Shown here: piece after piece, positions 37,860 through 47,897 of the stretch | Numbering within the stretch: the stretch's first letter is position 1 | Layout: every line of letters begins with the position of its first letter | Assembly: GCA_039964305.1 (NCBI GenBank) | Contig: JBDVXS010000100.1 | Span: 4,924-68,923, forward strand | Reading direction: 5' to 3' | Length of the DNA: 64,000 bases | Source of the DNA: Hyphomicrobiales bacterium | Lineage (GTDB): Bacteria > Pseudomonadota > Alphaproteobacteria > Rhizobiales > JACESI01 | Translations under genes and position numbers: made by a program | Notes under the pieces: model-generated | The model's input: only the letters and a program-made list of their open reading frames with translations | What the model was told of the DNA's origin: nothing | Database searches by the model: none

Positions 37860-38366
37860 TTACGACTTTGTTGGCGCTGGCATAATCATGCAAGTGGATG
37901 ATCCACTGGCAACCAGCTTGCCGTTTGCATCATAAAGCTTTGCCTCCGATGCGGCAGCTCTGCGGCCTCTGGATATGCAGACACCTTCGCAGGTAAGATC
38001 GCCCGTTTCTGGCAAGATCGCGCGGTGGTAGATGATTTTTATTTCCATCGTGGTGTAAGCTTCGCCAGCAGCCAGTGTTGAATGCACCACGCAGCCAAGG
38101 GCTGTATCAAGAACTGTTGCTGCATAACCGCCATGGATTGTGCCAATCGGGTTGAAGAACCGAGGATCGGGACGGGCAACAACGCTGATCTTGCCTTTTT
38201 CAACGGCGGTAAAATCCATCGGCATGGATCCCATAATTGGCGGCGGTGGAAATTTGCCACCAATCACGCCTTCAAAAAAGCTAACGCCATCCATCGCGAA
38301 GACGTCTTCAATTGGCATCGTGCCTGTCTGCGCACCTTTTAGGGTTTTTGGTAAGTCCGTCATCAT
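37860..38366 (-). CDS. PaaI family thioesterase
   Basis: NPIGTIHGGYAATVLDTALGC hot-dog fold motif. Confidence 0.92.
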   Translation of the reverse strand: MMTDLPKTLKGAQTGTMPIEDVFAMDGVSFFEGVIGGKFPPPPIMGSMPMDFTAVEKGKISVVARPDPRFFNPIGTIHGGYAATVLDTALGCVVHSTLAAGEAYTTMEIKIIYHRAILPETGDLTCEGVCISRGRRAAASEAKLYDANGKLVASGSSTCMIMPAPTKS

Positions 38367-38374
38367 TGCCTCGT

Positions 38375-39061
38375 CTAGCGTCCAAATCTCATAAAGCGAA
38401 GTATATTAAGCAGACTCATAAGGGCTGCTGCAACATAGGTCATGGCCGCCGCTTTCAAGACTGAGCGTGCGGCGGGTAAATCTTCTGTGTTAAGGTAGCC
38501 GCCTTGTTCCAAAATAGGCAGGGCTTTTTTGAAGCTTGCGTCAAATTCCACGGGCAGGGTGACCAGTTGCACCACCACGCGCATGGCCATCAAACCAATC
38601 CCCAAGACACTCATTAGCAAAAAGACAGCGGGCGAGCGCGCAATCAGTGCCAACAAGGGCGCGACTGAAAAGAAGATGAAGGCGAAACGGTCTGTCCAAA
38701 TCAGAAGTTTCGCCAGCGATTGACGCAGAGCAAGCATTCGTTCGCCGCTTGCGTGTTGAATGGCATGGCCAACTTCATGGGCTGCGATGGCGACGGCACT
38801 AATGGATGAACCGCTGTAATTATCTGCACTCAAACAAACGGTCCTGCTTTCAGGGTCGTAATGATCGCCTTTATCCGTCATTTCGACGCCGACACCATTA
38901 AGCTGGTAATGCTCAATTAAGTGCTCAGCAAGTTCTCCACCGGTGCCCTGCAAGTCTGGGCGCGGTTCAGCGTGTTTCTTGATGACGTGCTTGACCCAAT
39001 ATTGTGGCCCGAAAATAAGGCCAAGGATCAGCACAATGCCGACGATAATCAATAGTCCCAT
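38375..39061 (-). CDS. Membrane zinc metallopeptidase (Zn_peptidase_2)
   Basis: GDHYDP, AAHEVGHAIQ, TLPVEFDAS, AAAMTYVA. Confidence 0.92.
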   Translation of the reverse strand: MGLLIIVGIVLILGLIFGPQYWVKHVIKKHAEPRPDLQGTGGELAEHLIEHYQLNGVGVEMTDKGDHYDPESRTVCLSADNYSGSSISAVAIAAHEVGHAIQHASGERMLALRQSLAKLLIWTDRFAFIFFSVAPLLALIARSPAVFLLMSVLGIGLMAMRVVVQLVTLPVEFDASFKKALPILEQGGYLNTEDLPAARSVLKAAAMTYVAAALMSLLNILRFMRFGR

Positions 39062-39135
39062 AAAGCACTAGCCAGTTGGTTGCCTCTCTCTTTCAATATA
39101 GGACTTTACCCAGCTAAACCAAACAAAGCTTTTGT

Positions 39136-39615
39136 CTAAACGATCTTACAGTTCATCTCGCGAAGCCTGATGAACAAACTTGTCATGAACCAACTTGCAA
39201 GCACACCGGGAAACCAGCCGAGTAAGGCTAGTTGGATGCTGAGCGTTGCGCCCAATAGTGCATTCAACAAAAGGAATATTGAGAATATCACGATGCCAAA
39301 TGACAGGCCATCAATGCTCCAGTGCCGTGTTGGCGAGAGAAAAGACATGATAGGGCGCCATATAAAGAAATAGGCTGGCGACAACACGGCAAGAGAAATT
39401 ACGAGATATATAAATTCGGCTTGTAGTCGGCTCTCAATGCCAAGCACTTCTTGGAATAAGGCGGCGACAGATAGTTCTGTACCAAAAACCAAAGGCGCTA
39501 AATGCCTTGCCCAAATATCCCAAGTAGAAAGAGCAAGCATGCCCGCCATGCCGAGGGTGCGCGTGATGTGATAGGGGTCGACGGGGTGGCCCTCGTCAAA
39601 TTCGAAATAAGCCAT
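39136..39615 (-). CDS. Hypothetical 4-TM membrane protein (paralog A)
   Basis: Four hydrophobic segments; colinear similarity with the adjacent ORF; alternative start 39627. Confidence 0.75.
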   Translation of the reverse strand: MAYFEFDEGHPVDPYHITRTLGMAGMLALSTWDIWARHLAPLVFGTELSVAALFQEVLGIESRLQAEFIYLVISLAVLSPAYFFIWRPIMSFLSPTRHWSIDGLSFGIVIFSIFLLLNALLGATLSIQLALLGWFPGVLASWFMTSLFIRLREMNCKIV

Positions 39616-39726
39616 ATTGTTCACCAAAATCGTTGTTTAAGTTTACATAAGCATCGAATATCGGTGTTAAAGGGGGTAAAAGCCTCACATCGGTGAACAA
39701 TATGTTCATCAATCTGTTGATGTCGC

Positions 39727-40209
39727 TTAAATTTCAATCTGGTTGAGTTCGCACAGCCTAATCATGCCGCCGAGGGATAAGCTAGCAAAAACAATGCTGA
39801 CCGCTAGTGGCGATAGGGTGCCGAAACTGACTGACGGATCACTCACAAAAAGTTTTGTCATCATCGTCACAAAGCCTGAAAAAGTCATCCCAAACCCAAT
39901 TGAATGCATGAGCCAGTTTCGTGTTTCAAGCAGTTGCGCCGCGATTGGCCGCCAGATGAAGACATAGGCTAGGGGGAGGATTGCTGCCAAGATGAGAAAC
40001 GTCACGATCTCAGCTGCGATTAAATTATAGCCGTGTAGGCTGGAAAAGGTTGAGGAAATGGGATCGAAAACATTGATACCCAACCAAGGTACGAATGCAC
40101 GTGCAAACCCAATAAAAGCTGCGCTCGCAACAAACCCAGCCATCAAGAGCGATTGAATCACATAAGAAGTGTCGACTGTTTGCCCACGGTCGAGTTTGAA
40201 ATACGACAT
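39727..40209 (-). CDS. Hypothetical 4-TM membrane protein (paralog B)
   Basis: GGAG SD; shares M.YF..D.G..VD, AY.FIWRPI...TR.W, IRL.E.N with paralog A. Confidence 0.78.
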   Translation of the reverse strand: MSYFKLDRGQTVDTSYVIQSLLMAGFVASAAFIGFARAFVPWLGINVFDPISSTFSSLHGYNLIAAEIVTFLILAAILPLAYVFIWRPIAAQLLETRNWLMHSIGFGMTFSGFVTMMTKLFVSDPSVSFGTLSPLAVSIVFASLSLGGMIRLCELNQIEI

Positions 40210-40471
40210 GCCCTGTTCTCCAGTAATGGAGGCCCAATCCGGCCAGATCTTGCGTCCGGCTCGGATTCATTATGCGAAAATTGTTCAAAGGAATCGTTGA
40301 TGCAAAGGTGAATGTTCAGATTTGTTTGAATGTGGTTTAACAAAAGACGAATTGAACTGTTCAAATACAACTTTTACCTACGGCTTGAATGCGTCGCATT
40401 TGAGCGCGTGGGTGGAATGTGCTTTTTGTAGGGTTCTGGAAAATAAACAATATGAATATGGATGTTAAACG

Positions 40472-42988
40472 ATGGTGACAGAAGTTAGAGCAGTAGTTGT
40501 CGGTGGTGGTGTGGTTGGCGTTGGCACACTGTATCACCTCGCTAAAAAAGGCTGGTCTGATAGCGTTTTGATTGAGCGCAAAGAGCTCACCTCTGGCTCA
40601 ACATGGCATGCAGCTGGTTTGCTTCCGCTTTTCAATATGAGTTACTCGGTTGGCCAGATCCATAAATACTCAGTCAAGTTTTATAGCGAGCTAGAAGCTG
40701 AAACAGGAATGAATGCGGGGCTTTCTGCGGTCTCTAACATTCGCCTTGCGCAAACCAAAGACCGCATGGATGAATATGAATATTATGCAGGCATCGCGGA
40801 AACCATCGGCATTGATGTGAAGTTCTTGACGCCTGAGCAAGTGAAAGAAGTGTGGCCACTGGCGGATACGGATGGCCTGATTGGTGCAATCCAGCACCCT
40901 GAAGATGGTTATATTCAGCCGGCCGATTTGACCCAAGCAATGGCCAAAGGCGCTCGTGATATGGGCGCGACCATTAAGCGGAACTGTGCTGTAACCTCGA
41001 TTGAGCAACAAGACGATGAGCGTTGGCTCGTGCGCACAGACCAAGGCGACTATTTATGTGAGCATGTCGTTTCTTGTACAGGGAACTTTGTGCGTAAAAC
41101 AGGCGAAATGGTTGGATTGAAAATTCCTGTCATTCCTGTTGAACACCAATATATCGTAACGGAGGCGCACCCTGATATTGTCGCCCGCAAAGAACAAGGC
41201 TTGCCAGAAATGGGCGTGCTTCGTGAAAGCGACGGCTCTTGGTATTTGCGCGAAGAGGCGGGTGGTCTCATCCTTGGCCCTTATGAAAAAGGCGCTCCAG
41301 TTTGTTATGTTGATAGCCCAAGTGACCAAAGCGAATATGAACTTTTCCAAGAAGACTTAGAACGCTTAGAACCACACATTGAATCTGCAATTGCTCGTGT
41401 GCCAGCCTTTGGCGAAGTGGGCATTAAGAAAGTTTACAATGGTGCGATTTGCTATACGCCGGATGGCTCACCAGCAATTGGCCCTGCATGGGACTTGAAA
41501 AACTTTTGGCTCAATGAAGGCCATTCATTTGGTGTTACCGCAGCAGGTGGCGCAGGCTGGCAATTGGCTGAGTGGATTGTAGAAGGCGAGCCAACTATTG
41601 ATATGATGGGTGTTGACCCACGTCGCTTTGGTCCAGACCTTCCAGAAGGCTATCTGCGCGAGAAAAACGAAGAAGCCTATCGCAATGTCTTCACCGTGCA
41701 TTTTCCTGATGAAGAACGCGCTGCTGGTCGTCCATTGAAGACGACACCATGTTATGGCCGCATGAAAGAACTGGGCGCGGTCTTTGGCGTTGCCAACCAA
41801 TGGGAACGACCAAACTGGTTTATGCCATCGAAAGACTATGCACTCACAGCTGAAGAGCTGAACCAAGACGATACGCTTACCAATGAGAACCATGCACCAG
41901 CGCTTGAAGATGGACGCATTGTTGAAAAATGGTCGTTCCGTCGCTCAAACTATTTTGAGCATGTTGGCAATGAAGTGAAGCATGTAACCAATAACGTTGG
42001 TCTGCTTGATATGTCTGCCTTCGCCAAAATGTTGGTAACGGGCAAGGGCGCCCGCGCATGGCTTGAGAGCATTCTTGCAAACTCATTGCCAAAGAAGCAG
42101 GGCCGCGTTGCTCTTTGCCACTTGCTAACAACACGCGGCGGTGTGCGCTCTGAGTTTACGGTCTATGAGCGCAGCCCAGGCGAGTTCTATCTGGTTTCTG
42201 CAGGTGCTTTTGAACTGCACGACCACGATACATTGCGCAAGCTCTTGCCGAAGGATGGCTCTGTGCAATTGCAATCCATCACCGAGCAAAATGGTGTGCT
42301 GGTGCTTGCTGGCCCCCGTGCGCGTGATGTGCTGGCGAAGGTCACCCATGCTGATGTTTCACACAAAGCGTTCCCGTGGCTTTCAGGTCAGCGCATTAAT
42401 GTTGGGCGTGCTGGTTGTCATGCAATCCGCGTAAACTTTGTTGGCGAGTTGGGCTTTGAATTCCACCACCCAATGAACCAGCAGAACTTGCTGTTTGATA
42501 CATTGATGGAAGCGGGCGAAGAGTTTGGCATTAAGCCGTTCGGTATTCGCGCGATGGATTCAATGCGTCTTGAAAAATCCTACCGCCTCATTCCGCGCGA
42601 ATTATCTATTGAGTATTCTGCGTATGAGAGTGCGCTTGACCGCTTTATCAAGCCTGAAAAAGACTTCATCGGGCGCGACGCGCTGATGGCATGGGAAGAG
42701 CGTGGCCGCTCATGGCGCTTTGTTACCATGGAAGTGCATGGTGTTACCGACGCTGATGCGCGTGGATCTGAAGCGATCTATAAGGATGGTGAACTTTGTG
42801 GTCGCGCTACATCGGGCGGCTATGGCTGGCGTTTGGGCAAGTCATTGGCGCTTGCAATGGTGAAACCAGAACTTGCTGACATTGGCACCGAGATGGAAAT
42901 TAAAATCTTGGGCCAAATGTATAAAGTGACAGTGATTGAAGAAAGCCCGTTTGATCCAACGAATGAGCGCTTACGCGCTGCTGACTAA
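40472..42988 (+). CDS. Dimethylglycine dehydrogenase-like FAD oxidoreductase (GcvT family)
   Basis: GGGVVG, ELTSGSTWHAAG, WERPNWF, C-terminal THF-binding GcvT domain (SMRLEKSY). Confidence 0.9.
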   Translation: MVTEVRAVVVGGGVVGVGTLYHLAKKGWSDSVLIERKELTSGSTWHAAGLLPLFNMSYSVGQIHKYSVKFYSELEAETGMNAGLSAVSNIRLAQTKDRMDEYEYYAGIAETIGIDVKFLTPEQVKEVWPLADTDGLIGAIQHPEDGYIQPADLTQAMAKGARDMGATIKRNCAVTSIEQQDDERWLVRTDQGDYLCEHVVSCTGNFVRKTGEMVGLKIPVIPVEHQYIVTEAHPDIVARKEQGLPEMGVLRESDGSWYLREEAGGLILGPYEKGAPVCYVDSPSDQSEYELFQEDLERLEPHIESAIARVPAFGEVGIKKVYNGAICYTPDGSPAIGPAWDLKNFWLNEGHSFGVTAAGGAGWQLAEWIVEGEPTIDMMGVDPRRFGPDLPEGYLREKNEEAYRNVFTVHFPDEERAAGRPLKTTPCYGRMKELGAVFGVANQWERPNWFMPSKDYALTAEELNQDDTLTNENHAPALEDGRIVEKWSFRRSNYFEHVGNEVKHVTNNVGLLDMSAFAKMLVTGKGARAWLESILANSLPKKQGRVALCHLLTTRGGVRSEFTVYERSPGEFYLVSAGAFELHDHDTLRKLLPKDGSVQLQSITEQNGVLVLAGPRARDVLAKVTHADVSHKAFPWLSGQRINVGRAGCHAIRVNFVGELGFEFHHPMNQQNLLFDTLMEAGEEFGIKPFGIRAMDSMRLEKSYRLIPRELSIEYSAYESALDRFIKPEKDFIGRDALMAWEERGRSWRFVTMEVHGVTDADARGSEAIYKDGELCGRATSGGYGWRLGKSLALAMVKPELADIGTEMEIKILGQMYKVTVIEESPFDPTNERLRAAD

Positions 42989-43008
42989 ACCAAACACAGT
43001 AAGCGCTC

Positions 43009-44235
43009 TTAATGGGCGCTTACTGTTTTGTTTCGCTTTTGCTGGCCAATATCGGCAAGCAAATCGTCGAACCATTTCTCATCTATGTTGAAGGCTTTGC
43101 CGCCAGCGATGCGAGAAAATTCAATGGCGCGAAGTTCGTCATTGCGCTCTTCGTCTTCACCAATAACACCGCTGACACCCGCCATGGCGCATTCAACCGC
43201 CTTGTAGCAGCAAGCTTTGATCAGCGCTTGATCCGTTTCATTTGAAGCTGCTGCGCGGGAGTAATATCCTGATTTTTGGGTGAGCACTTTTTCTGCGCCA
43301 AGCATGTCAGCAAATTGCTTGCCGAACCAAGCACCCGGATTGACCACATCTAATTTGACATGACCAAACGCGTCGCGAGGCACATCTTCGCCTGCGGCTT
43401 CCATTTCTTTGACAATGGCCTCAGTGCCAGCCCCTTCAGAGATGAAGATGTTGACGTTGCCCTGCTCATCCATCACTTTTTTCAAGCGGGCGGCTTCGGC
43501 AATAATGTCGATTTCCATTTCAGGAACGAAGACGGCGTGGACAGCTTTGCGCTGTTTGGCCAATCCAATTTCAGGCAAGAAGTTGAGTGTGTTTAAATCA
43601 TCTTGATAATCTTTGGCCGTATAGGCCGTTAGCCAACCGCAATGACGACCCATCACTTCGTGAATGATCAACATGCGCGGGTTTGCGCCGTGTTCAGCCA
43701 CCACATTCGCGAAAAACTTTGCACCTTCTTCAGCCGCAGTCCAAGCACCTAAGCTTTGCTTGATCGGCACCACATCATTATCAATGGTTTTAGGCAGGCC
43801 AACCACGTGAAGGGCATAGTCATTTTCGGCCAAATATTCGGCAAGACTGGCCGCCGCCATATTCGTATCGTCGCCTCCGATTGTATGAAGCACTTCCACC
43901 CCATCTTTGACGAGTTGCTCGGCAGCTACTTCAAGAGGATTTTCGCCCTCTTGAACCAAGCCACGTTTTACACAGTCTTCAATGTTGGTGAGTTTCACTC
44001 GGCTGTTTCCAATAGGGCTGCCACCATGCTGGAAAAGGACATGCGCATTGTCTCGAATGTCAGAGGAAACGGTAACGCTGTCACCCAAGAGCAGACCTTT
44101 ATAACCATCAAAATAGCAGATGATTTCCGTCTGTGGTGAGGTCTCTGTATAGCGCTGTATCAAATGCCCGATGGAAGAGGAAAGGCAGGGCGCTAAGCCA
44201 CCAGCCGTTAGGATTGCCACTTTTTGTATCGACAT
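43009..44235 (-). CDS. pfp: Pyrophosphate-dependent 6-phosphofructokinase
   Basis: TAGGLAPC, GGDDT (PPi-type Asp), PKTIDND, MGRHCG; GGGGAG SD before MSIQKV. Confidence 0.92.
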   Translation of the reverse strand: MSIQKVAILTAGGLAPCLSSSIGHLIQRYTETSPQTEIICYFDGYKGLLLGDSVTVSSDIRDNAHVLFQHGGSPIGNSRVKLTNIEDCVKRGLVQEGENPLEVAAEQLVKDGVEVLHTIGGDDTNMAAASLAEYLAENDYALHVVGLPKTIDNDVVPIKQSLGAWTAAEEGAKFFANVVAEHGANPRMLIIHEVMGRHCGWLTAYTAKDYQDDLNTLNFLPEIGLAKQRKAVHAVFVPEMEIDIIAEAARLKKVMDEQGNVNIFISEGAGTEAIVKEMEAAGEDVPRDAFGHVKLDVVNPGAWFGKQFADMLGAEKVLTQKSGYYSRAAASNETDQALIKACCYKAVECAMAGVSGVIGEDEERNDELRAIEFSRIAGGKAFNIDEKWFDDLLADIGQQKRNKTVSAH

Positions 44236-44436
44236 TGTTACTCCCCACGCGTGTTTCGAGAATGCGTAGCCCAATATTTATTTTAGCGCTCGAACTTATG
44301 CTAATACTTTTACGGATGGTGGTTACACTTTTGATGAAAAGTTTGCAAAAATTGCTCTGTGATAATAGTTTTTTATGGCAAAACTTTTGAATCAGAGGCA
44401 ACCTAAATCCCTTGGCTCAGCAAAAGGGGGATAGGC

Positions 44437-45264
44437 ATGGGAAAGAAACTAACAGACGAGCAAGTGGCTTCTTTCCATCGTGATGGGTTTCTCTCACCCG
44501 TCGATATTTTCAGCCAAGAAGAAGCAACCCGTTTGCGCCTTGAGCTTGAAGACGCCGAAAAGAAATGGCCAGAAGCCTTCGAAGGTTCCGCCCGCAATAA
44601 TGCCCATTACAATATTATGGTGCTTGATGAGATTACCCATAACAAGGTGCTTGTTGATGCGGTGGAGGATTTGATTGGGCCTGATATATTAAACTGCGGC
44701 ACGGTGCTGTTCATCAAAGAAGCGCAAGATCCGGGTTTTGTAAGCTGGCACCAAGATGGCCGCTATATGGGACTTGATCCGCTGGTCGGCGTTACGGCGT
44801 GGGTCGCCCTTTCACCTGCCACTGAGGTATCCGGCTGCATGGCGATGGTGCCCGGTAGCCACAAGCAGATGCAGGAACACAAAGACACATTCGGCGAAGA
44901 AAACATCCTCACCCGTGGGCAAGAAATTGCCAATGTCGATGAAGCAAGTGCTGTTCTAACGCCGTTGCAACCGGGGCAGGTGTCATTCCATAGCCAAACG
45001 GTAATCCATAGCTCCAAGCCAAACCAAAGCAACGACCGCCGCATCGGTTTCGCCATCCAATCCTACATCCCACCGCATGTCGCGCAAACACTCGGCCGCA
45101 CCCACGCTCAACTCGTACGCGGCACCGACCCTTTCGATCATTTCGACAGAACACACAGACCGCAAGGAAACATGAACACCAGCGATGTGGAGATGCGTGA
45201 CCATGTCAATGATGTGTGGTCAGACGTGCTGTATCATGGAGCGGAGAAACGGCGGAATTATTAG
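44437..45264 (+). CDS. Phytanoyl-CoA dioxygenase (PhyH) family Fe(II)/2OG enzyme
   Basis: WHQD (HxD), VTAWVALS, distal His and DRRIG. Confidence 0.9.
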   Translation: MGKKLTDEQVASFHRDGFLSPVDIFSQEEATRLRLELEDAEKKWPEAFEGSARNNAHYNIMVLDEITHNKVLVDAVEDLIGPDILNCGTVLFIKEAQDPGFVSWHQDGRYMGLDPLVGVTAWVALSPATEVSGCMAMVPGSHKQMQEHKDTFGEENILTRGQEIANVDEASAVLTPLQPGQVSFHSQTVIHSSKPNQSNDRRIGFAIQSYIPPHVAQTLGRTHAQLVRGTDPFDHFDRTHRPQGNMNTSDVEMRDHVNDVWSDVLYHGAEKRRNY

Positions 45265-45304
45265 GAGGGTGGTTGCCGCTGTTCTAAGGAATGGACGATT
45301 TACA

Positions 45305-45853
45305 CTATCCATTATAGGCGAAAACGATGCGATTATCCTCTGGTATGATCAAGAGTAAGCGTGATCTACTAATTGAATAAAATGCACCTTTTGAAAAAAT
45401 TGCTGCATTTATCTCGCGTTCTATCTCCTCGTCGAGATCAAGAGAGCTGCCCCCGTGACCCAAAAAACCTGAGACGCTTGGACATCCGTTTTTAAATAGG
45501 ATGAGATGAATATCCGCTCGAAATTCAGAGCATCTGTCTTTGTCAGCCCAAGTGACCTCTGTGGATACTGGCGTCGGTTCCCAATTTGGAAAGCATCGCT
45601 TTCTCCCAGCACAGGGTAATGATTTCAACCAGCTTATACCGTTGTTCTCAATCTCTTCACGCGTTTTTTCTGGCATGGCAAAAACGATTATCCCAGCTTC
45701 ATTCCCGCTAGGGCCAAAACCAAAGGATTTTTCCGCACTGTATTGTATCCACCATGCCCCAAGGGGGGCAGGAATAAGGTTCACATGATGGCGGTAAACA
45801 AATAATTTCCATCCGATGACGCAAATAAATATGAAGACAAGAGCCTTTTTCAT
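45305..45853 (-). CDS. Hypothetical protein with N-terminal membrane anchor
   Basis: MKKALVFIFICVIGW; starts 1 nt after the VOC gene stop; no family recognised. Confidence 0.65.
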   Translation of the reverse strand: MKKALVFIFICVIGWKLFVYRHHVNLIPAPLGAWWIQYSAEKSFGFGPSGNEAGIIVFAMPEKTREEIENNGISWLKSLPCAGRKRCFPNWEPTPVSTEVTWADKDRCSEFRADIHLILFKNGCPSVSGFLGHGGSSLDLDEEIEREINAAIFSKGAFYSISRSRLLLIIPEDNRIVFAYNG

Positions 45854-45854
45854 C

Positions 45855-46232
45855 CTACCCCAAATCAATCGCCACATGCAGCTTGTTGCCGTCTAGATCC
45901 CGCGCATAAGCGCCATAGTAACCGGGGTGGTAACTGCGAGGGCCAGGGGCGCCGTCGTCTGTGCCGCCGCATTGTAGAACCATTGCGTGAAATGCTTTCA
46001 CGCCTGCTTCATCGGCTGCATAAAACATCACCTGCGTCCCATTGCCAAAATTTGCGGCTTTCTCATTATACGGCGTGAGAACGAAGAACGTCGTCTTGCC
46101 ATTACTGCCCGCATAGCCAATTTCGTTCGGCTTATTCACCGTGCGTTCCATGCCAAGGGTGGCCATAACTTTGTCATAAAAAACGCTGGCTGCTTCGAGA
46201 TTATTGGTGCCGATACAAACGCCTGATAACAT
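45855..46232 (-). CDS. VOC/glyoxalase family protein
   Basis: FYDKV, GNGTQV, GGTDDGAPGPR, YYGAYARDLDGNKL. Confidence 0.92.
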   Translation of the reverse strand: MLSGVCIGTNNLEAASVFYDKVMATLGMERTVNKPNEIGYAGSNGKTTFFVLTPYNEKAANFGNGTQVMFYAADEAGVKAFHAMVLQCGGTDDGAPGPRSYHPGYYGAYARDLDGNKLHVAIDLG

Positions 46233-46409
46233 GATTTTCCGTCCAAATTTTAAGTTAGGTATAGGGTGTTATTGGGAACGCTACAGAAAGACTTCGGGGA
46301 AATCAAAGGACTATCGTCCACTAACAACATTGTGACATATTGACGATACTGTTTTAATGCCATCAAGTGCTATCTTTGGCAAAATCGAACAGGACAAAAC
46401 AGGTTTCCC

Positions 46410-46880
46410 ATGAGCGAACAACGCCCTCCATTCCCTCCGTTTAACGCAGAAACTGCAGCGCAAAAGGCGCGTAAGGCTGAGGATGCTTGGAACAATCAGG
46501 ATCCAGTGAAAGTTTCACTGGCTTATACACAAGATAGCTGGTGGCGTAACCGATCTGAGTTCGTGCAAGGCCGCGATGAGATTGTCGCGTTTCTTGCTAA
46601 TAAGTGGGACAACGAGCTGGAATATCGCCTGATTAAAGAAGTCTGGGCGTTTCATAGCAACCAGATTGCGTGCCGTTTCCAGTATGAATATCACAACAAG
46701 GCAGGCAATTGGTTCCGTGCTTATGGCAATGAGCAATGGCGCTTTGATGAAAACGGTTTGATGATGCGGCGTGAGGCGAGCATCAATGATGTGCCGATTG
46801 ATGAAAAGGACCGCAAATTCATCTGGCCACAAGGCCCGCGCCCTGAGGATTATCCCGGTTTGACTGAGTTGGGCATGTAA
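46410..46880 (+). CDS. DUF1348 / SnoaL-like (NTF2 fold) protein
   Basis: RPPFPPF, AEDAWN, WRNRSEF, YRLIKE.WAF, YGNE.W.FDENGLM. Confidence 0.92.
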   Translation: MSEQRPPFPPFNAETAAQKARKAEDAWNNQDPVKVSLAYTQDSWWRNRSEFVQGRDEIVAFLANKWDNELEYRLIKEVWAFHSNQIACRFQYEYHNKAGNWFRAYGNEQWRFDENGLMMRREASINDVPIDEKDRKFIWPQGPRPEDYPGLTELGM

Positions 46881-46883
46881 GCG

Positions 46884-47789
46884 CTACTCCAACAAAATCA
46901 ACATAATCGCGCAGACAATTAGCAAAATTCCGACGACCTCCATCCATGTGGCCTTCTCGCGAAAGAAGAACACACTGGCGATGAAGGTGAAGACCAATTC
47001 TACCCGTCCAAGTGCGCTGACATAGGCTGCGTTTTGAAGGGAGAAGGCGGTGAACCAACAGACGGAACCCGCCATGCCGATAACGCCCACGGGTGCTGCA
47101 TAGCGCCATTCGCGCACCACTTTTTGAAGTTCAACCTTATCAAAAATCAAAAACCAACCGCCCATCAAAAGCGTTTGGAATATCAAATTAACCGCCAGTG
47201 CAAAGGCGGCTGCCATGATGAAGTGCGGTGTGTCGACAGATAGCGTCGCGCCACGAAAAAACACGATGGAAATACCCAACAGTGATGCTGACAATAGGCC
47301 GACCAGCGTGGCTTTTTCAGTCAACCCTCGCACCATGCCGCTCATGGTCAGCTTGGTGTCTTGAAACGACAAAAACAGCGTGCCAACGGATCCAATGACA
47401 ATAGCCGCAATGGCGATGGGGCCAATGGTGTCGCCCAGCAGCACCGCGCCAAAAATTGCAATCAAAATCACATCTAGTTTGGAGAACGTGGTGCCAACGG
47501 CAAAACTTCGAAACGAAAACATCCAAAGCAAAACGACAGTAAACAATATCTGCGCGATGCCGCCTGCAAAGCAGTAGAGCAAGAACGTTATGTTGACGTT
47601 TGGCACTTCATAACCGCCAAAGTGATACAGCGCCCACACATATAAAACCGCCAAGGGCCAAGCATAAAAGAACCGCGCATAGGCCGCACCTGCCGTTGAA
47701 AGCCTGCCCTTAAGCGACTTTTGCAGTGCCGAGCGTAGGTTTTGACAAAACGCAGCGGCAAGGGTGATCGGTATCCAGAGGCTCAACAT
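46884..47789 (-). CDS. DMT/EamA family transporter
   Basis: About 10 TM; WIPITLAAAFCQNLRSALQK, RSFAVGTTFSK. Confidence 0.9.
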   Translation of the reverse strand: MLSLWIPITLAAAFCQNLRSALQKSLKGRLSTAGAAYARFFYAWPLAVLYVWALYHFGGYEVPNVNITFLLYCFAGGIAQILFTVVLLWMFSFRSFAVGTTFSKLDVILIAIFGAVLLGDTIGPIAIAAIVIGSVGTLFLSFQDTKLTMSGMVRGLTEKATLVGLLSASLLGISIVFFRGATLSVDTPHFIMAAAFALAVNLIFQTLLMGGWFLIFDKVELQKVVREWRYAAPVGVIGMAGSVCWFTAFSLQNAAYVSALGRVELVFTFIASVFFFREKATWMEVVGILLIVCAIMLILLE

Positions 47790-47897
47790 CGCACTTTGTC
47801 TGTGTTTGAGTTTCTAAGTCCTTGCTCGTCACCCAACAGCGTGACAAATTGGGCTTAGATACACAAGCACATCCGCCCAATAAACTGGAACCACCTC

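Noticed and set aside
44332-44394. Imperfect AT-rich inverted repeat between pfp and the PhyH gene
   Set aside because: Low complexity with mismatches; could easily arise by chance
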